A stretch of 49,618 nucleotides of DNA from a virus. Of this stretch, positions 27,052-34,392 are shown in pieces. Below the pieces are notes generated by a model. That model was not told the origin of the DNA, ran no database searches, and was given only the letters and a program-made list of their open reading frames with translations. Both the position numbers and the translations under genes were made by a program. Each line of letters begins with the position of its first letter. Positions within the stretch are counted from its first letter, which is position 1. The stretch is from IMG/VR virus record IMGVR_UViG_3300045988_183527, one strand, 5' to 3'.

Positions 27052-28238
27052 TTTGTTTCCTCAATTACGTCAAATTCGTCTCGGGTCGAGACAGAGATTG
27101 CAGGTCGAGCGTCGAACACGGGCGCAATAGCGGGCTTTCCGTCGCTCTGGGTAATCAATTGGCAGATCGCGTTCCACTGACGGGGGCCGATCAAGCCGTC
27201 TTTGTGCGCTCGTTCGGCTTGCGCCGGGGAGATGAGCGCGCGGGTGTAGAGAACGTCGCGGCGGATGCGCATGGAGTTCAACGCCTCTTCCGCGCCGGGG
27301 CCCCACTTGCGCGGGCCTTTGCGCCCGGCGACGATCTTGAAGCCCTCAATCTTTCCGCCGTCCATGAGAAGCGCCAGGGCTTTCGCGCGAACGGCGTCGC
27401 ACCACTTTTCGATCGTCTGCAGCCACGGGAGGACGCGGGCGAGCTGGTCGGCCGTTTCCGGGAGCTTCGGCGCGTTGTCTTCAGCGGGGAGCACCTCGAA
27501 GTCGGCCGCGATGAGCTCGCGCGTCTTTGCCATGAGCGCCGGGCAGTTCGCCTTCGCTTTGCAGAACCGGCACTGCGATTCACCGGGGTTAAGGAACTTC
27601 AGCGCTTCGTCTTCGTGGCCGATAAGGGACTGAGCCTTGTCGGCGCAGGCGCGGACGCGCTTACCGAAGTCGGCGAGCTCTTCCATATTCCATTCGTACG
27701 TCTTCTCATGCGCCGAAATCCGGGGCTGATAGATGATGAGGCGTACGCCGGTGATCTCTTGGAAAATCCCGAATTCTTCGATGGCCGCGAGGGCGTAGAT
27801 AGAAAGCTGAGGGTTCTTCTCGGCCTCGACCTCTACGCCCATGCCGTACTTAAAGTCGGCGATGGTGAGGAGGCCGTTGGCGTCGATCGCGAGAAAGTCA
27901 GCGGTGCCCTTGGCCCCGGGGCGATTCGTCACCACGCCCACGGGGAGCGCGCGTTCCGTTGCCCAAAACGCGAGGTTGCGCACGTCGAGATGAGCACCCA
28001 ACATCTTCGCCCAGCCGCGGGCGTGCTCGATCATTTCGGCATCCTCGGTCGTCGGGAAGTAAGTGGTCGATTCGAACCAGGATTTGGCCGCTCGTTCGGC
28101 TTCCGCATGGGCGGCCGTTCCCTCTTCGGCGTACACCGAAGAATCGTCGCCATTGCCGTAGATCGTGCCGAGAGCGATGGCCCCCGGACAGATCATCCAA
28201 CAATGAGCGGACGACGGGGAGAGAAGGTCGTGCGCCAT
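27048..28238 (-). CDS. PD-(D/E)xK exonuclease, DUF2800/Cas4-like with C-terminal Cys cluster
   Basis: N-terminal LSPSSAHCWMICPG, the nuclease core ...TADFLAID...IADFKYG, and CRFCKAKANCPA. Confidence 0.7.
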   Translation of the reverse strand: MAHDLLSPSSAHCWMICPGAIALGTIYGNGDDSSVYAEEGTAAHAEAERAAKSWFESTTYFPTTEDAEMIEHARGWAKMLGAHLDVRNLAFWATERALPVGVVTNRPGAKGTADFLAIDANGLLTIADFKYGMGVEVEAEKNPQLSIYALAAIEEFGIFQEITGVRLIIYQPRISAHEKTYEWNMEELADFGKRVRACADKAQSLIGHEDEALKFLNPGESQCRFCKAKANCPALMAKTRELIAADFEVLPAEDNAPKLPETADQLARVLPWLQTIEKWCDAVRAKALALLMDGGKIEGFKIVAGRKGPRKWGPGAEEALNSMRIRRDVLYTRALISPAQAERAHKDGLIGPRQWNAICQLITQSDGKPAIAPVFDARPAISVSTRDEFDVIEETK

Positions 28239-28751
28239 TTAGAACCCCTCCTCGTCGAGGAACGATTCGAACGCGTCGAACTCTTCCCACGTTTCCACGT
28301 CGGAGGCGCGCTTAAGTTCGCCGCCGCGGATTTTCGCGCGAGCCCGATCGGCTGCCCCCGTGTTCTCCGAGTGGAGGAGGGCGGCCAGGCGTGTGCGCAG
28401 CTTCGACCGATCGGCTTCCGTCGGCGCATCGCCTCGTTCGGCTTTTTGTTCTTCCGCGGGCGCGGGTTCTTCAGCGGGCTTCGCCGCCGGGGCCGTGGCT
28501 TTTTTAGCCTCGGCCGCTCGTTCGGCTTCCTTCATTTTGGCGAGCGCGGCTTGTTCGATCTCGGCGGGCGAGCGGGATTTCTTCGCTTTCGCGGGCTGAG
28601 TTGCCCCTTCAGCCGCCTTACTGGGCTTTTCAGCGGGCGCCGGGGCGGCCGGTTTATCAGCTGCCTTTTCGGCGGCTATCCCGGCGGCCTTTTCAAGCGC
28701 GCTAATACGTTGTTCGATGCTTTCAAAGTAACGGATGATGTCCGGTGTCAT
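28239..28751 (-). CDS. Ala/Pro/Lys-rich hypothetical protein (170 aa), first gene of the leftward operon
   Basis: Start was set at the internal ATG 28751. The low-complexity AEKAADKPAAPAPAEKPSKAAEG middle is followed by the acidic C-terminus ETWEEFDAFESFLDEEGF. Confidence 0.55.
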   Translation of the reverse strand: MTPDIIRYFESIEQRISALEKAAGIAAEKAADKPAAPAPAEKPSKAAEGATQPAKAKKSRSPAEIEQAALAKMKEAERAAEAKKATAPAAKPAEEPAPAEEQKAERGDAPTEADRSKLRTRLAALLHSENTGAADRARAKIRGGELKRASDVETWEEFDAFESFLDEEGF

Positions 28752-28784
28752 TTCTTCACCCCTGTTATGAGTAGCGCGGCGACT

Positions 28785-28935
28785 GCTAAGCCGTGCGCTA
28801 TCGTTTAGCCGTACTTTAGTGGTGCGTATTCGCCGATACGTCACGAATGTTTGATTATTGTCAAACTAAAAGCATCATTAAAGTGCTTAACGCTATTGCA
28901 TTAACGGCTAAACAGGCGAATACTTACGGCTAAGC
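28785..28935. promoter_or_regulatory. Divergent early promoter region with four ACGGCT(A/T)A(A/G)C sites arranged symmetrically around a GTTTGA-N6-TCAAAC dyad
   Basis: Minus-orientation sites are at 28785..28794 and 28803..28814. Plus-orientation sites are at 28901..28913 and 28923..28935. The dyad is at 28849..28866. A possible rightward promoter is TTGCAT(28896)-17 nt-AATACT(28919). Confidence 0.45.
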
Positions 28936-28985
28936 GTTATTGAAGCGCCTCAGCCGGGGCGCGCCTACCTACAGGGGTTCAAAAA

Positions 28986-29240
28986 ATGGCTGATCTTTCT
29001 TTCTCAATCGCCGTAAAAAACGGCGTCCCTCATATCAATAGCGGCCTTATCTACTCGGCCGCTACTTTCGCTTTCGAGCGTATCGAATACAGCGCCGCTG
29101 AGTACGCCCGGGCTCAATCCGAGATCGCGGCGCATAGCGCGGAAATCAAGGCGGGCGAATTGAACGCCCTCCCGAAGTACGTGCCCGATCTCTCTAATTT
29201 CGAGGCCTTTTATTGCCTCGAATCTCCCGCTTTCCTCTAA
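28986..29240 (+). CDS. Hypothetical protein (84 aa), early ORFan operon
   Basis: AGGGG RBS. No motif. Confidence 0.6.
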   Translation: MADLSFSIAVKNGVPHINSGLIYSAATFAFERIEYSAAEYARAQSEIAAHSAEIKAGELNALPKYVPDLSNFEAFYCLESPAFL

Positions 29241-29261
29241 CTGACTGAAAGGACTTACACC

Positions 29262-29714
29262 ATGATGATTAAGAACAACAAGGCAGCCGTACGCCGCGCC
29301 TACACCGCCGCCCGTGCGTACATCAATGCACACGCCGATAAGTACGGCGACGAAACGACTGTCCGCCTTAACGCGCTTCGCGTTGTACGTAATCAGCTGA
29401 TCGAACTGCTAGACGAGATCAATCAGCCGCGCCCGGCCGCCTTCACTAACTACGGTGACTTAGAAAAGTGGTTTCTCAATGGCGCGCGGGATATCTATCA
29501 GCTTGTTTGCGGCGGCGGTTCCGTTTTCCCCTTCTTTACTACGGACGTTCTGCGTCTTTTCTATACCCCCGCTCAGGCCGCTAAATGGCACCTGTGGGCG
29601 GGCGGCAGGGGCCCGGCTGACTACGCCCGGGCGGACGTTATGGCGGTTGAAGCCGATTGCGTCGCCGTGGGTTTAACCCACATGTGGGCCGCGCTGAAGG
29701 CGACTCGCAACTAA
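29262..29714 (+). CDS. Hypothetical protein (150 aa), early ORFan operon
   Basis: AAAGGA RBS. No motif. Confidence 0.6.
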   Translation: MMIKNNKAAVRRAYTAARAYINAHADKYGDETTVRLNALRVVRNQLIELLDEINQPRPAAFTNYGDLEKWFLNGARDIYQLVCGGGSVFPFFTTDVLRLFYTPAQAAKWHLWAGGRGPADYARADVMAVEADCVAVGLTHMWAALKATRN

Positions 29715-29730
29715 CCGGAGGGATTCGATC

Positions 29731-30162
29731 ATGTATGCACAGTTAAACGTTACCGGCCGCGCCGTCACCGTAGGCGCGCTCACGATTACCGGCACCTTCG
29801 CCGGGGAAATGGAACCGACCGACCGCGTAAGCGAAGAAGAAACGCCGGGCGTGTGGTGCGCTGACGGCTCAGTATTCTTTGAATACCGCGGGCGCGAATA
29901 CTCTCAGGACTTTTCGGCCGCGTGGTTCGATGATGGAACGTCCGATTATTGGGACGACAACGCGCCGCTGATGATTTACAGCGAAAAAGACGGCGGGATG
30001 ATTGAAGCCACCGGCGCGGAATGCGCTGCCATCGAACGCGCGGCAAACGGCCCGGCGGCGCTGCATATGGCGATCTTATCCGCTCAGCGCGCCGCCACTG
30101 AAGCGGCGAACAGTAAGGCTCAGCGGTTTTTAGATCAGTGCGTAAGCGAAGGGGAGGCGTAG
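29731..30162 (+). CDS. Hypothetical acidic protein (143 aa), early ORFan operon
   Basis: GGAGGG RBS. No motif. Confidence 0.6.
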   Translation: MYAQLNVTGRAVTVGALTITGTFAGEMEPTDRVSEEETPGVWCADGSVFFEYRGREYSQDFSAAWFDDGTSDYWDDNAPLMIYSEKDGGMIEATGAECAAIERAANGPAALHMAILSAQRAATEAANSKAQRFLDQCVSEGEA

Positions 30163-30165
30163 GCC

Positions 30166-30429
30166 ATGAGTTGGACATATTTCACCGCGCGTATCTGCAG
30201 CGCTGATGGCGTTACGTATCGCGTGTTAGACGCACAGGAATACGTACAGGAATTTAAGTCACTGAACGCGGCTAAAAAAGCCGCTACGCGGCTGTACCGG
30301 GGAGCGGAAGCCGTGAGCGCCGTGCCGATTGTTTTCGCCGCGGTCGATTACTTCGACGGTGACGATAGCCATTTGGCCGCCCAAAAATTTGGGGCTGATG
30401 GCGAATGGATTAACGCAGTTTTGGACTGA
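30166..30429 (+). CDS. Hypothetical protein (87 aa), early ORFan operon
   Basis: GGGGAGG RBS. No motif. Confidence 0.6.
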   Translation: MSWTYFTARICSADGVTYRVLDAQEYVQEFKSLNAAKKAATRLYRGAEAVSAVPIVFAAVDYFDGDDSHLAAQKFGADGEWINAVLD

Positions 30430-30440
30430 AGGGGGCGGGT

Positions 30441-30860
30441 ATGTACACGGCAAAGAAGGGCGGCGAAGTGCTGCAAAACGGCGCGCGGGCTATCCGCTAC
30501 CGCGATTTACAGACGGCGGTTACAACGGCTTTTAAGTATGCGGTTAAACAGTGCCGCGCGCTCAGCGAGACTGACGCGGAATTCGACAAAACGCGCTGCG
30601 GTGACGCCGATACGGCCGAAGATTTTCAGGGCTGCGCCCGCTGGCCTATTGATAACCGTTTCGGCGTGATCGAAATCGAAAACGAGAAAACGCACACCAT
30701 AGCCGCGCGTATCACGGCGCGCTTTTACAACATAGAGGGAATTAGAACTGCCGGTTATGAGCGCGTTAAATCGCCTTACGGTCGGACGTATGAAACACCA
30801 ATAGACGAACGGTTTACCGGCGTGCGTTTCACTCTTACCACTGAGGTAATCGAAAAATGA
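30441..30860 (+). CDS. Hypothetical protein (139 aa), early ORFan operon
   Basis: GAAGGGGG RBS. No motif. Confidence 0.6.
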   Translation: MYTAKKGGEVLQNGARAIRYRDLQTAVTTAFKYAVKQCRALSETDAEFDKTRCGDADTAEDFQGCARWPIDNRFGVIEIENEKTHTIAARITARFYNIEGIRTAGYERVKSPYGRTYETPIDERFTGVRFTLTTEVIEK

Positions 30861-31222
30861 GTTTTACCTACATTAAGGGTAAGTTTTACCCCGTGGAAAT
30901 CGAAGGGCGCGGTTTTACCGCGGTGGCCATCACGGCGCCGTCGAACGTAGCGGACGGCCGCGGCCGTCTGTGCTGGCGTACTAGCCGCACGGGGATTTTC
31001 AAGTCCCTGGCGGAACTGCGCGCCGATATTGGGGATTGCGCTGCAGCTGAGTACTTCAGAACATTACGCCGCACCCCGGCGAAAAGGATAGCGCGTGAGC
31101 GGTTTACCGTCCCGGCTGCCTATGCGGATGAGTTCCTGAGCGCTAAAGGGTTAGCGCTTTACACCGACAGGCCGTTAGAGCTTTACGCCGCCGGGCGCCG
31201 TTACTGCGGAGTAAAAGCATGA
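30857..31222 (+). CDS. Hypothetical protein (121 aa), early ORFan operon
   Basis: ATGA overlap with the upstream gene. Confidence 0.6.
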   Translation: MSFTYIKGKFYPVEIEGRGFTAVAITAPSNVADGRGRLCWRTSRTGIFKSLAELRADIGDCAAAEYFRTLRRTPAKRIARERFTVPAAYADEFLSAKGLALYTDRPLELYAAGRRYCGVKA

Positions 31223-31452
31223 TTCGCACCGAATATACACTGCTGGCGGAGTACCGCGGCGGCCGGAAAGAGGAATTGTTAAACCACAAAGGGCGGCCGT
31301 GGGCGCAAGATTGGGGCGCTAAGCGCTACGGGGAAAAATACGTTACGGCCGCCGCGGGGCTGCAGTCGCTTTCTATCATCGTGCGCCGCTTTGCCCCGGA
31401 CGGCCGTTGCTTCGACCTACAAAGGAAATGGGTTTACACCGCCTCAGCTTAA
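31219..31452 (+). CDS. Hypothetical protein (77 aa), early ORFan operon
   Basis: ATGA overlap with the upstream gene. The 3' end overlaps the repressor gene 3' end by 9 nt. Confidence 0.55.
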   Translation: MIRTEYTLLAEYRGGRKEELLNHKGRPWAQDWGAKRYGEKYVTAAAGLQSLSIIVRRFAPDGRCFDLQRKWVYTASA

Positions 31453-32154
31453 TTTCCCTCCCCTTAACCAGTAGGCCGCGCGGCCTATTACCTCAGCGCC
31501 CGGCGTCAGTGGAATACACTGCGCCGGGTTTTTCTCTGTCGTAATCATCAGCTCCCCGGTAAGGGACGGCGTAAGAGTGCGAAGAATTTTCCGCCCGTCT
31601 AAATTCAAGACGAAAAAGCCGGGCGCCGGTGTCGTATCTTTCAGATCGATCAGTAATCGATCCCCGGGGATAAAACGCGGCGACATGATATCGCCCGAAA
31701 CTATCCACCCGCGGAAATCATCCGGCGCCCGGCCGGGAAAGTTCGCCGTCATATCCGCACGATCAAACAAAACCCGGGGTTTTATCCCCGGGCGTGCCTC
31801 AGGCGTATGTAAAAGCTCAATTTCGAGCGCGTCGTTTTCTTTAACGCCGCCCTCAGGGCTCACGGAAAAAGGGCGCGGCAAACTTCCCGGCGCGCGGCCG
31901 TGATCTTCGCTCATCCATCCAAGCGGTAGGCCTAAGGCCTTTTCGATTTCGAGGCATTTTGCGGGGCCTAATGAGCGGGGGCCGCCGCCGGTGTGCTTTG
32001 TTCCGGAAGCAGCTTGATACAGGTAGGGATGGCGCCGGGGTAATCCAAGCTTTACGTTTATCTCAGCGATTGATCCATGCTTAGCGGCTAAAAGCTTTAG
32101 GTTTTCCCTTCGGACGTCACCTAAGGGCAGCGATTTTGTTTCAGTTTGTAACAT
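31444..32154 (-). CDS. CI-like repressor (HTH plus S24/LexA-like C-terminal domain, catalytic dyad apparently degenerate)
   Basis: The N-terminal HTH-like region is followed by VSGDIMSPRFIPGDRLLIDL...FVLNLDGRKILRTL...VIGRAAYWL (S24 fold pattern). The canonical GDSM Ser position reads Ile, and the VxGKV Lys position reads Arg. No SD precedes the ATG. Confidence 0.75.
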   Translation of the reverse strand: MLQTETKSLPLGDVRRENLKLLAAKHGSIAEINVKLGLPRRHPYLYQAASGTKHTGGGPRSLGPAKCLEIEKALGLPLGWMSEDHGRAPGSLPRPFSVSPEGGVKENDALEIELLHTPEARPGIKPRVLFDRADMTANFPGRAPDDFRGWIVSGDIMSPRFIPGDRLLIDLKDTTPAPGFFVLNLDGRKILRTLTPSLTGELMITTEKNPAQCIPLTPGAEVIGRAAYWLRGGKLS

Positions 32155-32209
32155 AACTAGGTGTTTTTAGCTTAGTTGATTAGGGGGCGTCGCCGCGTTG
32201 TTTTATGCT

Positions 32210-32278
32210 CTTACGCTTTTTCGTGCGTTTCGGAGACTTTGCGCGGCTTTAACGCCTTACGCTTTTTCGTGCGTTTCG
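32210..32278 (+). repeat. Two perfect 23-bp direct repeats CTTACGCTTTTTCGTGCGTTTCG (32210..32232 and 32256..32278)
   Basis: Read directly. The period is 46 bp, and the repeats lie 55 to 125 bp upstream of the repressor start. Confidence 0.8.
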
Positions 32279-32325
32279 CAACATTTAGTTGCTTATGTTT
32301 CCTTTAGTCCTACGCAAACTGTGTT

Positions 32326-32370
32326 CAAAGTGTGCGGTAGTCTTTATTTCCGCACACTTCGCACACTTTT
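32326..32370. promoter_or_regulatory. Operator-like AAGTGTGCG sites O1-O3 (O1 and O2 form a 10-bp inverted repeat with a 12-nt spacer)
   Basis: CAAAGTGTGCGG at 32326..32337. Reverse-orientation copies CCGCACACTT at 32350..32359 and CGCACACTTTT at 32360..32370. Confidence 0.5.
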
Positions 32371-32442
32371 AAAGCCCTGTCAATAAAAGTCGTACGTGAG
32401 AGATAAAAGAAAGGCCTCACGTAAGGGGTTTTATGATCGGCC

Positions 32443-32472
32443 TTGAAAAGTGTGCAAAGTGTGCGGTGTAAA
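32443..32472 (+). promoter_or_regulatory. Candidate rightward early promoter (TTGAAA-18 nt-TGTAAA) with tandem AAGTGTGC operators O4/O5 filling the spacer
   Basis: GAAAAGTGTGCA at 32445..32456 and AAAGTGTGCGG at 32456..32466 lie between the -35-like and -10-like hexamers. Confidence 0.35.
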
Positions 32473-32770
32473 AAATTCCGCAGATTATAAGCAAAATTAA
32501 AGTTAAGGCTAACACCGCGGCGGCTTATCCACCCCGAAGCCGTGGAAAAACCGCGAATCCCTGGCGCGCGCGGCCGCTACCCTCAGCCCCATATCGCCGC
32601 CGATAATTTCCTTTGAAATCAAAGCACGACAATTAAACATAATTACAGTTATGTTGAATTATCGGGGGTGTTTTTCCTGCAAAATCGCGACGGGGTGGGG
32701 GGAGCCCCAAAGCCGCGCCGCGCCCCTTGGGGTGCTCGACCGGATGGCGGCGGGGGTTTCGGAGTGAAAA

Positions 32771-32802
32771 GAACTTTCGCGGCGAAAGTTCCGATAATTT
32801 TT
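32771..32802 (+). terminator. Leader hairpin/terminator GAACTTTCG-CGG-CGAAAGTTC followed by CGATAATTTTT (also followed by TTTT on the opposite strand)
   Basis: A 9-bp perfect stem about 50 nt upstream of the first rightward CDS. A GC-rich structured stretch (32690..32760) precedes it. Confidence 0.45.
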
Positions 32803-32849
32803 CGGCTATGATGCGGGCTACGTGAGCAACTCGTCGGGAGCAGCGGAAG

Positions 32850-33098
32850 GTGAAGCACGAGGTGAACGAGCTAGGACGGCGCATAGGGGAAGGCCACCCC
32901 AGGGCACGCTACTCGGACGCCACGGTGGAGCAGATTCTGCGGGCTTCGGAGGCGAAGGTTTCGAGCCAGACGATCGGGGCATTGCTGAAAATGCCTTCAT
33001 CGACGGTTCGATCGATTTTGAACGGGAAAGCACGACGGCAGGAGCCGAGCGTTTGGGAGAAGCGGGCATGGCGGCTACGACGAAAGCAAAGCCAATGA
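32850..33098 (+). CDS. HTH DNA-binding protein (82 aa), first gene of the rightward operon
   Basis: GTG start with GGGAG 9 nt upstream. GHPRARYSDATVEQILRASEAKVSSQTIGALLKMPSSTVRSILNGK is a typical HTH pattern. Confidence 0.55.
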   Translation: MKHEVNELGRRIGEGHPRARYSDATVEQILRASEAKVSSQTIGALLKMPSSTVRSILNGKARRQEPSVWEKRAWRLRRKQSQ

Positions 33099-33628
33099 AG
33101 CGGGCACTGACTACCGCTTTGAAGGCGAAGCGGACGGCGGACGCAGGGCGCACTCCCCGCAAGCGCAACCAGGTGGTGCTTGCCACGAAAATCGCGGAGT
33201 ACGAGGCGGTGATGCCGGAACTGTGGGAAGCCCTCAGGAACGGCGAAAGCGCTTCGGCGGTGGCGCGAAAGCACGACATGGTTCCGGGCAATCTTCGGAG
33301 CTACGCCTGGCGAAACCACCGCGAAGAGTACGACGCGGCTCAGAAGGAAGGCGCGGATATCCTCGCCGACCGGGCGGTAGCCGCGGCGTCTCAGGCGAAC
33401 GAAGCGATGGAGACGATTGAAACGACCTACGCCGACGGATCGACGACGGTTGCGGTGAAACGCTTCGACAACGTGAACCGGGCGAAACTCGCCGCGGACT
33501 CGCTGTGGAAGATGGCGGCCACGAAAGACCCGGAACGCTACGGGTCGAAAGCGGGGCAGCAGGAAGTTTCATCGATCGCGGCGGAGATCGTCGCGGCACG
33601 TAAGCGTATTTGTTCCGAGACCACGTGA
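33068..33628 (+). CDS. HTH protein, possible small terminase subunit-like protein (186 aa)
   Basis: Internal ATG of the 32822 ORF. ESASAVARKHDMVPGNLRSYAW (HTH) and the C-terminal RAKLAADSLWKMAATKDPERYGSK resemble TerS-type proteins by eye. The gene is not adjacent to terL. Confidence 0.4.
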   Translation: MAATTKAKPMKRALTTALKAKRTADAGRTPRKRNQVVLATKIAEYEAVMPELWEALRNGESASAVARKHDMVPGNLRSYAWRNHREEYDAAQKEGADILADRAVAAASQANEAMETIETTYADGSTTVAVKRFDNVNRAKLAADSLWKMAATKDPERYGSKAGQQEVSSIAAEIVAARKRICSETT

Positions 33629-33759
33629 GCCGAGGCGGAGTACCTGCGGGGAAGAGCACAGTAGGGATCGTGCAAGGCCGATAAAGGGCCGGTTCTCGGA
33701 GCAAAAAATTTTCCTCAGGTGGGAAGCGAGTTCCCCGGGCTCGATAAAAGCCGGGGGCC

Positions 33760-33810
33760 AATTCCTTTTGTCTGGGCGTTCGCCCGGAGAGCGCTTAGAC
33801 AAAAGGAATT
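33760..33810 (+). repeat. Perfect 14-bp inverted repeat AATTCCTTTTGTCT N23 AGACAAAAGGAATT upstream of the tRNA gene
   Basis: Arms at 33760..33773 and 33797..33810. A third partial copy, AATTCCTTTG, is at 33852. Confidence 0.6.
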
Positions 33811-33872
33811 CCCGCGAGTAACGCAAACTGTCGCTGCGCCAAAGCGGGGTTAATTCCTTTGCAGACGTTGGG

Positions 33873-33947
33873 AGGGGCGTAGCCAAGCGGTAAGGCATCG
33901 GATTTTGATTCCGTTTACCGGTGGTTCGAATCCATCCGCCCCTGCCA
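33873..33947 (+). tRNA. tRNA-Gln: tRNA-Gln (anticodon UUG), CCA encoded
   Basis: Cloverleaf: AGGGGCG/CGCCCCT acceptor, a GCCAAGCGGTAAGGCA D-arm identical to the E. coli tRNA-Gln D-arm as I recall it, anticodon loop TTTTGAT, T-arm GGTGG-TTCGAAT-CCATC, and discriminator G plus CCA. Confidence 0.9.
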
Positions 33948-33954
33948 TAAGTGC

Positions 33955-34027
33955 GGGAACCTAGCTTAACGGAGAGAGCGCCGGAAGTAAACCGGAGGGC
34001 GAGGTTCGAATCCTCGGGGGCCCGCCA
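33955..34027 (+). tRNA. Non-canonical tRNA-like element (possible pseudo-tRNA), 7 nt after tRNA-Gln
   Basis: Good T-arm CGAGG-TTCGAAT-CCTCG, D-arm GCTT/GAGC, and G plus CCA at the 3' end. However, the acceptor GGGAACC/GGGGCCC has tandem A-G mismatches, the anticodon loop AAGTAAA lacks U33 (nominal GUA), and the variable region is only about 3 nt. Confidence 0.4.
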
Positions 34028-34288
34028 GTAACGAAACAACACCCGCTACGCTGAGCTTCCGGTATTGCGCCCTCCGATCTGAGGGAAAGCTCACAGGATG
34101 ATGCGCAACCGGGCGGGTTATCTAACACAAGCAACGCATCGCGCCAGGGCCCCCTGTCCCGGCGGTGCGGCCCCCGGAGGGCGGTAGGAACGGTTTTCGC
34201 CGTGCTCTCCGGGGGTGCTGATCGGGCTCATCCTCTAAATGAGAAGGATTGCCCCCAGGCTTCGGGTGAGGCTTGGGGGTTATTTTTT
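34028..34288 (+). ncRNA. Candidate structured non-coding RNA (about 260 nt) co-transcribed with the tRNAs
   Basis: No ORF on the + strand. Nested stems are TGAGCTT(34052)/AAGCTCA(34087) enclosing CCCTC/GAGGG, GATGCG(34100)/CGCATC(34135), and CCCCCGGAG(34171)/CTCCGGGGG(34207). A strong intrinsic terminator ends the region. Confidence 0.4.
34251..34288 (+). terminator. Rho-independent terminator
   Basis: CCCCCAGGC-loop(10)-GCTTGGGGG (9 bp including one G-U) followed by TTATTTTTT. Confidence 0.8.
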
Positions 34289-34320
34289 CGCCTTGGGTTA
34301 AGCGAAGCTTGATTTAAGTC

Positions 34321-34392
34321 AAAAGTGTGCGACGTATCCGCTTTGCTACTATGCTTTAATACGGCTTAACGTATTAGCAATGAAGGCTAAAC
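34321..34392 (+). promoter_or_regulatory. Promoter/operator region of the primase operon carrying one AAAAGTGTGCG site and ACGGCTTAAC / AAGGCTAAAC sites
   Basis: AAAAGTGTGCGACG at 34321..34334, ACGGCTTAAC at 34361..34370, GAAGGCTAAAC at 34382..34392. The same two motif families occur at 32.3 to 32.5 kb and 28.8 to 28.9 kb. Confidence 0.4.

Noticed and set aside
32198-32386. 62-aa + strand ORF in the immunity region, which could have been a Cro candidate.
   Set aside because: It is composed almost entirely of the 23-bp direct repeats and operator-like repeats. It has no RBS and no HTH-like sequence.
33955-34027. Calling the second cloverleaf a functional tRNA-Tyr(GUA), tRNA-Sec or allo-tRNA.
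   Set aside because: There is no U33, no long variable arm and no UCA anticodon, and the acceptor stem has tandem mismatches. The evidence supports only a tRNA-like element.
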